Source: Flavobacteriales bacterium
GTDB lineage: Bacteria; Bacteroidota; Bacteroidia; UBA4408
Reading direction: 5' to 3'
DNA length: 62,677 nt
Assembly: GCA_040374085.1 (NCBI GenBank)
Contig: JBEIVB010000005.1
Span: 1 to 62,677 of the forward strand
A program made the position numbers and the translations under genes. Shown here in pieces: positions 18,248 through 27,209 of the stretch; position 1 is the first letter of the stretch, and every line of letters begins with the position of its first letter. Below the pieces are notes generated by a model. It saw only the letters and a program-made list of their open reading frames with translations, was not told the origin of the DNA and made no database searches.

Positions 18248-19048
18248 CTAAGGTACGCTCAGAACATGGTTCAGCAGATGCATGAGTGCTTGGTTCCAAG
18301 CCTTCCAATCGTGGCCCTGCTTTTCCTGCACGTGCAAGATATAGGGTTGGTTGCACCACGGCCTGGATGCTCGCACGCATTGCTGCTGCAGGGCCCGGGA
18401 AAAGGCAATGCTTTGTTGTACATCTACCACGCGGTCTTGCGCGCCGTGGTAGAGGAAGACTTTTGCTCGCAGGGCATCGATGTTGTGGGTGGGGTTGTCG
18501 AGGGTTTGCCAGCGAATTGGGAAATCTGTATGGCTGCCATAATGGTTGATGGTGAGGGCATCGTTTGGATTGAGGCAGGGGTTGTAGTCTCCGGAAATGC
18601 CGATGGCGTAGGAGAAGGTTTGAGGCAGTGCTTGTGCTATGAGCATGGCTCCCCGAGCCCCGGTGGATAGGCCCAAGAGGATGTTGTTGGCTCCGGTTGT
18701 AAAGGCACCAAAACGGGTTTGGAGATGAGGAATAAGGGTATCGGTGAACCAGCCCAAAAGCAAGCGGCTGCGATAATCGGAGCGGGTTTCGGGATAGAAA
18801 GCCCCGGCGTAGATGCTTTTCCCCGGTTCGGGAATGAAGATGCGATACCCCACAGCAGAGGCAGAGTCGAAAAAGGCGGTGTGGTTGGGCGCATCGGCTC
18901 CGACCATGTTCCAGCCTGTTAAAAACAGCACGTCGCCTCTCATCGAAACATTTTCGGCCGGCTCTATAATGCGCAATGGGAATTTTGACTGTGCCTGCAT
19001 CGCCCCGAAGAATGAAAGGAGGAAAACCAAGCACACTATTTTTTTCAT
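18248..19048 (-). CDS. Secreted alpha/beta-fold esterase
   Basis: GLSTG nucleophile elbow, HGAQDRVV, GHDW; signal peptide. Confidence 0.8.
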   Translation of the reverse strand: MKKIVCLVFLLSFFGAMQAQSKFPLRIIEPAENVSMRGDVLFLTGWNMVGADAPNHTAFFDSASAVGYRIFIPEPGKSIYAGAFYPETRSDYRSRLLLGWFTDTLIPHLQTRFGAFTTGANNILLGLSTGARGAMLIAQALPQTFSYAIGISGDYNPCLNPNDALTINHYGSHTDFPIRWQTLDNPTHNIDALRAKVFLYHGAQDRVVDVQQSIAFSRALQQQCVRASRPWCNQPYILHVQEKQGHDWKAWNQALMHLLNHVLSVP

Positions 19049-19049
19049 A

Positions 19050-20522
19050 TTAAAATTGAAAGTATATGAAAGGCTGAACAGCAGCCGATTTTACCTGCAC
19101 CACCGACATCAAAACCACGATCAGCAATGCGGTTTGAAAAAGAAATTGATTGTTTCTCCACGTACGCTCGGCAGCCCGGGTCCAACGCTGAGGCGAAAGG
19201 TGGGCCAGAAAGCCAAAGGCAAACGCTAACCAAACCAGGGGATAGGCCAGCAAGAGGGGTTTGGCAAGGGTCCAGTCGGTGTGGTAAGCAATGCGTTCCA
19301 TTACAAGGTTCGCATCGCTCAGGCTTCCGGCCCGAAAAAAAATCCAGCAGAAGGCCACAAAATGAAAGGTGACGATTCCACCCAGAACGTTTCTCCATTT
19401 TCCCTCAGGCAAGAGGTTGAGTTTGCGCCACTCTTTGTCGGCACCCAACCCCAAACCGTGCAGGGCGCCCCACCACACAAATTTCCAATCGGCCCCGTGC
19501 CACAATCCGCCCAAGAGCATGGTGATGAGCTGGTTGAGGTGCTGGCGCAAACGCCCGCCCCGGTTGCCGCCCAAGGGTATGTAGAGGTAATCGCGTAGCC
19601 ATGAGGAAAGAGAGATGTGCCACCGCCGCCAAAAATCGGTGAGGTTGGTAGCCAGGTATGGGCGATTGAAGTTCTGAGGCAATTGGTAGCCAATCAGCAA
19701 GGCAATGCCCAAGGCCATGTCGGTGTATCCCGAGAAGTCGCAGTAGATCTGAAGGGTGTAACCATAAACACCCATGAGGTTCTCAAGACCCGAGTATAAG
19801 GTGGGGTTGTCGAAGATGCGGTCGACGTAGTTTAGACTCAGATAATCGGAAAGTATGGCTTTTTTGATGAGCCCTATTCCCAAAAGCCAAACGCCCAGGC
19901 CGGTGGCAGCTCCGGTAATGGGTTGGGGTTTGCGGATTTGCGGAATGAGCTCCGCCGGACGCACGATTGGGCCCGCAACAAGATGAGGGAAAAAGGAAAC
20001 GTAGAAGGCAAAGTCGAGAGGGTTACGCAGGGCAGGACTTTTTCCACGATGAATGTCTACCAGATAGGCAATAAGTTCAAAGGTGTAAAATGAAATGCCG
20101 AGGGGAAGAAAAAGGTCGGGTAGAGCGGTCTGTGTTCCGGTTAGTGAATCCCAAGTTTTGAGGAAGAACCCGCCGTATTTAAAGTAAAGGAGAAAGACAA
20201 GGGACCAGACAATGCCCAGAGCCATGACCCGTTTTTTTCGGCGTACACTATCTGTGCGTTCCATCCATAGTCCCAAAAGGAAAACTACGGCAGAGGTTCC
20301 CAGCATGAGCATCCAATACATGCCGCTGCTTTTGTAATAAAAATATAAAGAGGCAGCTACCACCCACAGTGTGCGCAGCATGGAGCGGTTAACCACCAAG
20401 GCATACACCACCAGAAAGGCAGCAAAAAACCACAGGAAGAACCCGCTGTTGAACAGGAGGGGCGCCCGTGGCTGATAGGTCAGCGCATGCTGGATTTTCT
20501 CACTGTCCAGGTTCCAAGGCAT
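19050..20522 (-). CDS. MBOAT family O-acyltransferase (AlgI/PatA/DltB-like)
   Basis: LPLGISFYTF, FPHLVAGPI, DFSGYTDMA, FWRRWHISLS, GLWHGA; start set at ATG 20522. Confidence 0.95.
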   Translation of the reverse strand: MPWNLDSEKIQHALTYQPRAPLLFNSGFFLWFFAAFLVVYALVVNRSMLRTLWVVAASLYFYYKSSGMYWMLMLGTSAVVFLLGLWMERTDSVRRKKRVMALGIVWSLVFLLYFKYGGFFLKTWDSLTGTQTALPDLFLPLGISFYTFELIAYLVDIHRGKSPALRNPLDFAFYVSFFPHLVAGPIVRPAELIPQIRKPQPITGAATGLGVWLLGIGLIKKAILSDYLSLNYVDRIFDNPTLYSGLENLMGVYGYTLQIYCDFSGYTDMALGIALLIGYQLPQNFNRPYLATNLTDFWRRWHISLSSWLRDYLYIPLGGNRGGRLRQHLNQLITMLLGGLWHGADWKFVWWGALHGLGLGADKEWRKLNLLPEGKWRNVLGGIVTFHFVAFCWIFFRAGSLSDANLVMERIAYHTDWTLAKPLLLAYPLVWLAFAFGFLAHLSPQRWTRAAERTWRNNQFLFQTALLIVVLMSVVQVKSAAVQPFIYFQF

Positions 20523-21714
20523 GCTGTGCACGTTCCAATGCATGGTACAATAAATCGGCCTGAACCTGATAGCCTTTGCGCGATAGGTGCAGTTTGTCTT
20601 TAGACGTAAGTCCCCGCTTGGCCCATTTGAGAATGGAGCCCTTACCGCCCATGGCATCCATGGTATCAAACCAAGCCAATCCCTTGGCCTCGGCATAGGC
20701 TTTTAGCGCTGCTCCGGCTTTACGGTTGTTGGGATTTTTATATTTCGAACGTTTTAATGCGTCGCCCGGCAGGGTAAGCAACACCGGCAAATTTGGCTGT
20801 TGGGCTCTGACCATCAGCAACAGGCTGTCTATTTGGCGGGTGAACTCATCTGCGTTGAAGTTTTTACCGTAGGCTTCGTTGGTGCCCAAAGAGATGATGA
20901 GCAGATTGGGTTTTAGGCTTTGCATTTCATCAAACAAAGGTTTTTCCGGAATGTAGTGCCGAAACTCGGCGCCGTTAACCCCAATGGCATGGTAGAGTAT
21001 GCCTTTTTGCTCGGGCCGGCTCAAGCACAGGCCGTGCAGATGAAGGTCTTCGGGTGCAGAGGATTCGGGCAAGCTAAACCGCAAACGGAGCATACGCGAA
21101 GGACTTTTGAGCGATATGCGACAGGGGTTGCACGTTTGGTTTGGGGCAACGACCTGGTTCTGGACCTCGCTCATCAAAGAGTCTGCAACGGTCCAGGAGA
21201 ACCCGGAGGAAACCGGGTCGCAAAACAAATCGATCTCCGAGGCTCCACCGGGAGATTCACGCAGGTGAATGTCGATGTTGGCGTCGCGCACGGTGGGCAT
21301 AAAAACGGCTCCGCTTATGCCCACTTTTAGACTGTCGTTTGACTTCACCACTTTCCGCACTTTCCACGGATCGTAGGAAGCGCTCATGATGCCGGGCGAT
21401 TCGTTTGATTTTACTACGCGCCAGGGCACGCATACGCCCCAACCGGCGTCGCCAAAATGGTCTTGCAAGCGCTTGCGCATGCGCCCACTGAGGTGGTCGG
21501 CCTGTATGTGCGAATCGCCCAAGTGCACCACGCTTACCGTTTGCCCGGTTTTTAGGGCATCGTAAAATGGTTTTAAGGTTTGGGAGTTCCCAATCTCAGG
21601 TTGCAGGGCAGGAATGAATGGGTATTTTTTGTGCAGAGAGTCCGCCAAGTTTTCTTGGCTGAAACTGGCTTCCCAGCTCAAAAGACCAAAACAAAGGAAT
21701 ATTGCTGTTTTCAT
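20500..21714 (-). CDS. SGNH/GDSL family hydrolase or O-acetyltransferase
   Basis: HLGDSH, GVNG, GTNE and DKLH blocks; signal peptide. Confidence 0.88.
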   Translation of the reverse strand: MKTAIFLCFGLLSWEASFSQENLADSLHKKYPFIPALQPEIGNSQTLKPFYDALKTGQTVSVVHLGDSHIQADHLSGRMRKRLQDHFGDAGWGVCVPWRVVKSNESPGIMSASYDPWKVRKVVKSNDSLKVGISGAVFMPTVRDANIDIHLRESPGGASEIDLFCDPVSSGFSWTVADSLMSEVQNQVVAPNQTCNPCRISLKSPSRMLRLRFSLPESSAPEDLHLHGLCLSRPEQKGILYHAIGVNGAEFRHYIPEKPLFDEMQSLKPNLLIISLGTNEAYGKNFNADEFTRQIDSLLLMVRAQQPNLPVLLTLPGDALKRSKYKNPNNRKAGAALKAYAEAKGLAWFDTMDAMGGKGSILKWAKRGLTSKDKLHLSRKGYQVQADLLYHALERAQHALEPGQ

Positions 21715-21718
21715 AGGT

Positions 21719-23077
21719 TCATTGAATTCTGTTTGGGGTGATGGAAGGGTTGGTCTGCGTTGCTTGCAAAAGGCGTTTGTACAATGCTCGGGCAACCCAA
21801 CGGGCTCCCCTAAAATTAAGGTGTGTATAATCTTTGTTGGCCATGGCAGTGTCTGCTTCGGCCCATTTTACCATGGTTCCACTGCCACCCATTTCTTCAT
21901 ATAAATTCCAAAACGCAGTGTGGTGGTTTTTGGCCAGTTCTTCCTGAATGGAAATCAGCAGCGGAAGAGACGGTATGGTGCGCATGGTTCCATCGAGGTT
22001 GCAGCTTTTATCGCTCACCGAAACCACCATGAATCCGCTGGTTGGAAAGGCTTTTCTGAGGTAAGAAAGGGTGCGGTTGAATCCTCTTTTGAACCAATCG
22101 TAGTTATCGGCTTTTTCCGATACCACGTTTAGGCCATAATGCAAAATGATTAAATCGTAATGGTGATTGCGGTCTATACTGTGAAGCAAATCGGAGGGCA
22201 TACGCACCAACGGAATGCCCGAATTTCCTCTAAAGGCAAAGTTGTCCACGGTTATGCCCGTGTCGGTTTCAAAACTCATTCCATATAATGTGGCATCCCA
22301 ACCGGCAGGAAATATAAGACGTACCCGCTGGGTTCCCTCTGCCACGGGAAGGGGAATGGCTTGGTAGTCGTCTAAGGGGGGAACGGTTACCTGGGCTTCA
22401 CTTTTGCCAAAGCGAAAGGTCAGGGATTGTGCGCGGTTGGTTTTGCCGAGCCAAAGGGTAGGAGAGGGTAGGGTGTTTAGTCCCTTTCGGTTAACGGCGG
22501 TATAGGTTACTTCTGCAGAAGTCTGAGGGGGAAGAAAAAAGGCATAGCCGGTTGGCCCAGGTGGTGGCATTCCGGCGCGGTATAATCCAAGATGATGGGT
22601 TTGCCATGCATCGGAAAATTGGTGCACCACGGTTTGACGGAATCCTGCGGTAGCACTGGTTATAGGCAACCAACCTACTCCGCCGCCTCCGTAGGTGGCT
22701 TGCAACAATGAACGCAGGTCTTGGGTAATTAAGTCGCCCTCTATCATGCTGTCGCCAAAGTAGGCGATTCGAATTTTCTTATGTGCGGTTCGGTCGCGCA
22801 AGGCTTCCAGTAATGGCTTCAACCCGGGCATGCTGTCGGTGCCAAAATCGGCCAGGGGCAGAGGTTCCGCAACGGCAAGGGTGCCCTTTTGCTGAGGAGA
22901 GAGTTTAGGGATTTTTCGCTCCGGCGCCGGCAATACGGGCGATGCGGTAATGTCGGAAAGAAAATGAGGCGTTTTTAACCACTTGGGTTTATATCCTCCT
23001 GAATCCAAAAGGTTCTCCAACAGCAAGAGCCCCACTAAAAGCAGGAACATCATGATTGCCGGACGAAGTGCAGACAA
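21719..23077 (-). CDS. SGNH/GDSL family protein (PatB-like), membrane-anchored
   Basis: YFGDSM, AFRG, YGLN and DYTH blocks; N-terminal hydrophobic segment. Confidence 0.85.
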   Translation of the reverse strand: MSALRPAIMMFLLLVGLLLLENLLDSGGYKPKWLKTPHFLSDITASPVLPAPERKIPKLSPQQKGTLAVAEPLPLADFGTDSMPGLKPLLEALRDRTAHKKIRIAYFGDSMIEGDLITQDLRSLLQATYGGGGVGWLPITSATAGFRQTVVHQFSDAWQTHHLGLYRAGMPPPGPTGYAFFLPPQTSAEVTYTAVNRKGLNTLPSPTLWLGKTNRAQSLTFRFGKSEAQVTVPPLDDYQAIPLPVAEGTQRVRLIFPAGWDATLYGMSFETDTGITVDNFAFRGNSGIPLVRMPSDLLHSIDRNHHYDLIILHYGLNVVSEKADNYDWFKRGFNRTLSYLRKAFPTSGFMVVSVSDKSCNLDGTMRTIPSLPLLISIQEELAKNHHTAFWNLYEEMGGSGTMVKWAEADTAMANKDYTHLNFRGARWVARALYKRLLQATQTNPSITPNRIQ

Positions 23078-23088
23078 GGGGTGGGTTT

Positions 23089-23811
23089 TTAGGGTGTCCT
23101 GAACGGGAAATCACCCAAGGCAAATATACAGAGTTTCTTATGCAATTCAGGCGGCTGTTTCAACCAGTTTGAAACGGGTTGCGAAGAGATGCGTTCACCA
23201 GGCAAACCCACCTCCATACCTATACAGAGTATGGCCTGTGCGGGCAGAGCCGATTTTACATCCTCCAATACGCGAGCCGATCGAAACGGGGTTTCCATAA
23301 ACAATTGGGTGTAACCTGTTTTTTGAAGCTCTGCATACCACCTGCGCAGGCATTGTTGCCGCTCAGTACCGGGTATGGGTAGGTAACCATGGAAGGTAAA
23401 CTGTTGGCCGTTGAAGCCCGATGCCATAAGGGTTTGAAGGATGCTCGAGGGGCCAGGCAATGGAACCACACGCACACCCCAACTGTGGGCGAAGGCTACG
23501 CAAGCATTGCCCGGATCGGCTATGGCCGGACTGCCGGCTTCGCTCATCACCACCATGTCTACGCCCTTTCTCATTGGCTCCATCCAGGTTTGCAGGGCCA
23601 CCGGATCGAAGCCTTTGCCAATTTCGAAAAAGTGCAGGGTGTTGAAGTCGCCAGTATATCCGGCCTTTCTAAGATGGCGACGGGCAGTCCTCAGATCTTC
23701 CACCAGCCAGTGGCTGGCGTGCTTAACGGCCTGCTGCAAGAGAGGAGCGAGGCTTTCTGCAGGGGCATTGTCGCCCAAATAGGTGGGCAATAGGAAGAGG
23801 GTGCCGAACAT
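23089..23811 (-). CDS. RsmI-like SAM-dependent (tetrapyrrole-type) methyltransferase
   Basis: LFLLPTYLG, SEAGSPAIADPG, PLPGPSS, FTFHGYLP, ETPFR. Confidence 0.88.
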   Translation of the reverse strand: MFGTLFLLPTYLGDNAPAESLAPLLQQAVKHASHWLVEDLRTARRHLRKAGYTGDFNTLHFFEIGKGFDPVALQTWMEPMRKGVDMVVMSEAGSPAIADPGNACVAFAHSWGVRVVPLPGPSSILQTLMASGFNGQQFTFHGYLPIPGTERQQCLRRWYAELQKTGYTQLFMETPFRSARVLEDVKSALPAQAILCIGMEVGLPGERISSQPVSNWLKQPPELHKKLCIFALGDFPFRTP

Positions 23812-23816
23812 GGTAC

Positions 23817-23848
23817 AAAAAAAAAAGAGCCCCAAATGTGGGGCTCTT
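23817..23848 (-). terminator. Intrinsic terminator after hup
   Basis: AAGAGCCCCA-aatg-TGGGGCTCTT 10-bp stem with a long T-tract on the minus strand. Confidence 0.85.
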
Positions 23849-23866
23849 CTTTTCGAAAACAAAAAA

Positions 23867-24154
23867 TTACTTCTTGCCTTTTTTGTTCACCATCTCAGCC
23901 AATTCAGCACCGGCCTTGAACTTAACCACTTTCTTAGCAGCAATCTTGATGGTCTTGCCGGTTTGTGGGTTACGTCCTTCGCGTGCGCTGCGCTCAGAGA
24001 TTGAGAAAGAGCCGAAGCCTACCAATGCAATGCGGTCGCCTTTCTTCAAAGCACCGGATACAGTTCCGATGAATGCATCCAAAGCGTTCTTTGCATCAGC
24101 CTTCGTCAATTGAGCGTGGTCTGCGATTGAGTCAATCAGTTCTTGTTTGTTCAT
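23867..24154 (-). CDS. hup: HU family DNA-binding protein
   Basis: MNKQELI...GFGSF...REGRNPQTG...KFKAG. Confidence 0.97.
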   Translation of the reverse strand: MNKQELIDSIADHAQLTKADAKNALDAFIGTVSGALKKGDRIALVGFGSFSISERSAREGRNPQTGKTIKIAAKKVVKFKAGAELAEMVNKKGKK

Positions 24155-24199
24155 GTTGTTTGTTTTTAATGGTTGATTGTGAATTTGGTTTTGCGTGAA

Positions 24200-24207
24200 C
24201 AAAAGTA
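24200..24207 (-). promoter_or_regulatory. -7 promoter element TACTTTTG for hup
   Basis: TAnnTTTG 45 nt upstream of the hup ATG. Confidence 0.65.
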
Positions 24208-24361
24208 TCTGCCTCTTTTACTTATCCAAATTTTTTGTTGCCGAAAATGGCGTAGATGTTGAAAAAAACGTGCGATTTGTTGAAAACCACCCCTCGAAAC
24301 CCTTTCTGAATGGGCATTGAGGAGGGTGCCGGATGCGGAAGTGGGCTGTTTTGTTGATCTT

Positions 24362-25336
24362 TTAAGACGATGGATGGTGGTTTACCAAGCTGGCTTTGCC
24401 GGAAAATCGATAGCCACGCAAAAACTCTGCGGTGCTCAAACGCTTCTTTCCTTGTACTTGCAGGTTCAGAATTTCAAGCGGAACCGTTGCGGTGCCTACC
24501 AACAGCTTCTGTCCTTGCACAGCGCAGTTTCCGGGTTCCATACGGTGGGCATCGGCAGCGGGTTGTGCTTCGTATATCTTCCATTGCGTGAGTTGGCCTT
24601 TGCCCTCGTCGAACCAAGAGAAGGCTCCGGGATAGGGCGACAGGGCACGAATGGTTCGGTCTACCTGCTCGGCGGGCGCATTCCATTCGATTTGCAGGTG
24701 TTCGCGGAAGATTTTCGGAGCACCTTTATAGATGCCGTTTTCGGGTTGGTGCATCGGTGTTAAGACTCCGGCACACCACCCGTCTAATGTCTCCACCACC
24801 AAATCAGCGCCGGCTTCCATGAGTTTGTCGTGCAAGGTTCCGGCGTTCTCCCGAGCATCGATCGACACTTTGCGCTGAAGCAAAATGCTGCCTGCATCGA
24901 TCTCCTGATTCAACAAAAAGGTGGTTACCCCGGTCTCGGTTTCCCCTTGCCAGATGGCATGGTTGATGGGGGCAGCACCCCGGTAATGAGGCAACAAAGA
25001 GGCATGCAGGTTAAAGGTTCCCAAGCGTGGAGCAGCCCACATGGCCTCAGGCAACATGCGGAAGGCAACCACCACCGCACCGTCCAGCTGCAGATTACGC
25101 CACGTTTCGAGCCACTCTGCAGATTTCAATCGTTCGGGTTGATGAACGGGCAAGCCCAAGGAAAGAGCTGCTTTTTTTACATCCGATTGCTGCAGCTGTT
25201 GCCCCCTGCCGGCAGGCTTGTCGGGAGCAGTTACCACCGCCACCACCTTGAAACCCTCATCAACCATTCGCAATAATATATGAGCAGCAAACTGCGGCGT
25301 GCCCAAAAATGCTAAGCGTAATTCGGATCGTTTCAT
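24362..25336 (-). CDS. fmt: Methionyl-tRNA formyltransferase
   Basis: FLGTPQFA, VTAPDKPAGRG, NLHASLLPHYRGAAPI. Confidence 0.97.
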   Translation of the reverse strand: MKRSELRLAFLGTPQFAAHILLRMVDEGFKVVAVVTAPDKPAGRGQQLQQSDVKKAALSLGLPVHQPERLKSAEWLETWRNLQLDGAVVVAFRMLPEAMWAAPRLGTFNLHASLLPHYRGAAPINHAIWQGETETGVTTFLLNQEIDAGSILLQRKVSIDARENAGTLHDKLMEAGADLVVETLDGWCAGVLTPMHQPENGIYKGAPKIFREHLQIEWNAPAEQVDRTIRALSPYPGAFSWFDEGKGQLTQWKIYEAQPAADAHRMEPGNCAVQGQKLLVGTATVPLEILNLQVQGKKRLSTAEFLRGYRFSGKASLVNHHPSS

Positions 25337-27135
25337 AATGCAGAGGTTGTGGATGTTGTGGCCATAAACTGAATCTCCACCAGACGCTTGTAGCGTCCGT
25401 TTAGTTTCATAAGCTCTTCGTGATTTCCGCTTTCCACTACCTGCCCGTTTTCCAGCACCAGAATGCGGGTAGCGTGGCGAATGGTTGACAAGCGGTGGGC
25501 AATGATGAGAGACGACTGCCGGTGCATCAGAGCCGCGGTAGCCTGCTGGATGAGCACTTCGGTAGCCGGATCAATAGCAGCCGTGGCTTCGTCGAGAATG
25601 AGGAGGGTGGGTTGCGTTACCGCGGCTCTCAAAAAGGCGATGAGCTGGCGCTGACCGGCTGAAAGCATACCGCCTCGCTCGCGTACATCAAAATCCCATC
25701 GACCCGGAAGACGGTCAATGAAGTCCATAGCCCCTATGGCTTTCGCCGCCTCCTCTGCCCGAGCAACGGAGATGGACGGGTCGCCCATGGAAACGTTTTC
25801 AAACACCGTTCCCGAAAAAAGGAAGACGTCTTGCATGACCATGGCCATGCGCCTGCGCAAATCGCGAAGAGGAAATTCTGCATGCGGTATGCCGTCGAGC
25901 AAGATATCTCCTTTCTGAATTTCATACATTCGAGTTAATGCCTGCACCACGGATGTTTTGCCCGCGCCGGTGGTGCCCACAAGAGCCAACGACTCTCCCG
26001 GCTTCAACTGAAACGTGATGCCGCGCAACACCCATTGCAGATCGCCTTCATCGGTGCTGAGCTGTCCTTTGTAACTGAGATGTACGTTGCAAAACTCCAC
26101 CCCCCCTTTGAATTTTTCAATGGAGATTTTCCCATTGTCGGGCAAGACTTCAACGGTATCGAGCAGTTGAAAAACCCGTTGTGCGCACACCATCCCCATT
26201 TGAAGGGTGTTGAATCGGTCTGCCAGCTGACGAATGGGACGGAAAAGTAAGTTCAGGTATAACGTAAACGATACCACCATACCCGGCGATGCAGAGCCTT
26301 CGGCAACCTGCATTGAGCCCCACCAGATGAGCAATCCCAAGCTGGCTGCACTCAGTATTTCTACTACCGGAAAGAAAATGGAATAGGCCCAATTGGATCT
26401 TATGTTGGCGATGCGGTGGCGGTTGTTGAGCTTATCAAATTGTTGAGCCTGTTTTTCCTCGGCGTTGAATGCCTGTATGATGGTCATGCCGCTGAGCCTC
26501 TCTTGCACGAACGAATTAAGCGCGGCTACTGAGTTTCGAACTTGAGTGAACGAGCTCCGTATGGCGTTCTTGAAGATGTAGGTTGCCAGCAGTAAAATTG
26601 GAAGGGTGGAGATGGCGAGCAGAGTGAGCCGCACATCGAGCCAGAACATCCACGCCACAATTACCGATATTTTCAAAAGATCGCCCATGATTTCCAGAAA
26701 ACCCTGGGAGAAAACGTCGGCAATGTTTTCGATGTCGCTGATGGTTCGGGTTACGAGGTTACCCACAGGCTGGTGGTCGAAGAAGGAGATGCGGGTTTGG
26801 CTGAGGCGATCGAAGAGCTGAGTCCGTAAGTCGCGAATTACGCCTTGCCCCACCCAAGTGGTTAGCCAACTGGCGAAATAAGAGAGGGCCGCCTCCACCA
26901 TGAGGGCGGCCACCATGGCAAAGGAGAGCCAAAGCAACAAGGTGGTATTGGGTATGCGTATGGCCTTGTCGATGGTGAGCTGCACCAAGTAAGGACGTAA
27001 AGGGGAAAGGAATCCCAAGGCCACTGTGATCAGCAGATTGAGCAGAAAACGCTTACGGTATGGCGTTGTATAGGTGAGGATGCGCCGGTAAAGGCGGCCA
27101 TCAAAAGCCGTTCCGCTGGGTTTAGGTTGCGCCAC
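25333..27135 (-). CDS. ABC exporter, fused permease/ATPase (MsbA/MdlB-like)
   Basis: Transmembrane domain followed by GTTGAGKT, LSAGQRQ, LILDEAT, IAHRLST; GTG 27135 start inferred from promoter position. Confidence 0.92.
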   Translation of the reverse strand: MAQPKPSGTAFDGRLYRRILTYTTPYRKRFLLNLLITVALGFLSPLRPYLVQLTIDKAIRIPNTTLLLWLSFAMVAALMVEAALSYFASWLTTWVGQGVIRDLRTQLFDRLSQTRISFFDHQPVGNLVTRTISDIENIADVFSQGFLEIMGDLLKISVIVAWMFWLDVRLTLLAISTLPILLLATYIFKNAIRSSFTQVRNSVAALNSFVQERLSGMTIIQAFNAEEKQAQQFDKLNNRHRIANIRSNWAYSIFFPVVEILSAASLGLLIWWGSMQVAEGSASPGMVVSFTLYLNLLFRPIRQLADRFNTLQMGMVCAQRVFQLLDTVEVLPDNGKISIEKFKGGVEFCNVHLSYKGQLSTDEGDLQWVLRGITFQLKPGESLALVGTTGAGKTSVVQALTRMYEIQKGDILLDGIPHAEFPLRDLRRRMAMVMQDVFLFSGTVFENVSMGDPSISVARAEEAAKAIGAMDFIDRLPGRWDFDVRERGGMLSAGQRQLIAFLRAAVTQPTLLILDEATAAIDPATEVLIQQATAALMHRQSSLIIAHRLSTIRHATRILVLENGQVVESGNHEELMKLNGRYKRLVEIQFMATTSTTSAL

Positions 27136-27141
27136 AGCCCG

Positions 27142-27193
27142 CAAAAGTAGGTATTTGACAGGGCTCAAAAGGGGATTTTTTCGGCTACCTTTG
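27142..27193. promoter_or_regulatory. Back-to-back divergent -7 promoters (ABC exporter / gldG)
   Basis: TACTTTTG on minus strand at 27142-27149; TACCTTTG on plus strand at 27186-27193. Confidence 0.6.
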
Positions 27194-27209
27194 GCCTGCA
27201 CAATTGTTT

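Noticed and set aside
24288-24328. Imperfect inverted repeat (CCC-N9-GGG core) resembling ACCCA-N8-TGGGT at 57606-57623
   Set aside because: Spacings differ and arms are short; a shared motif cannot be supported
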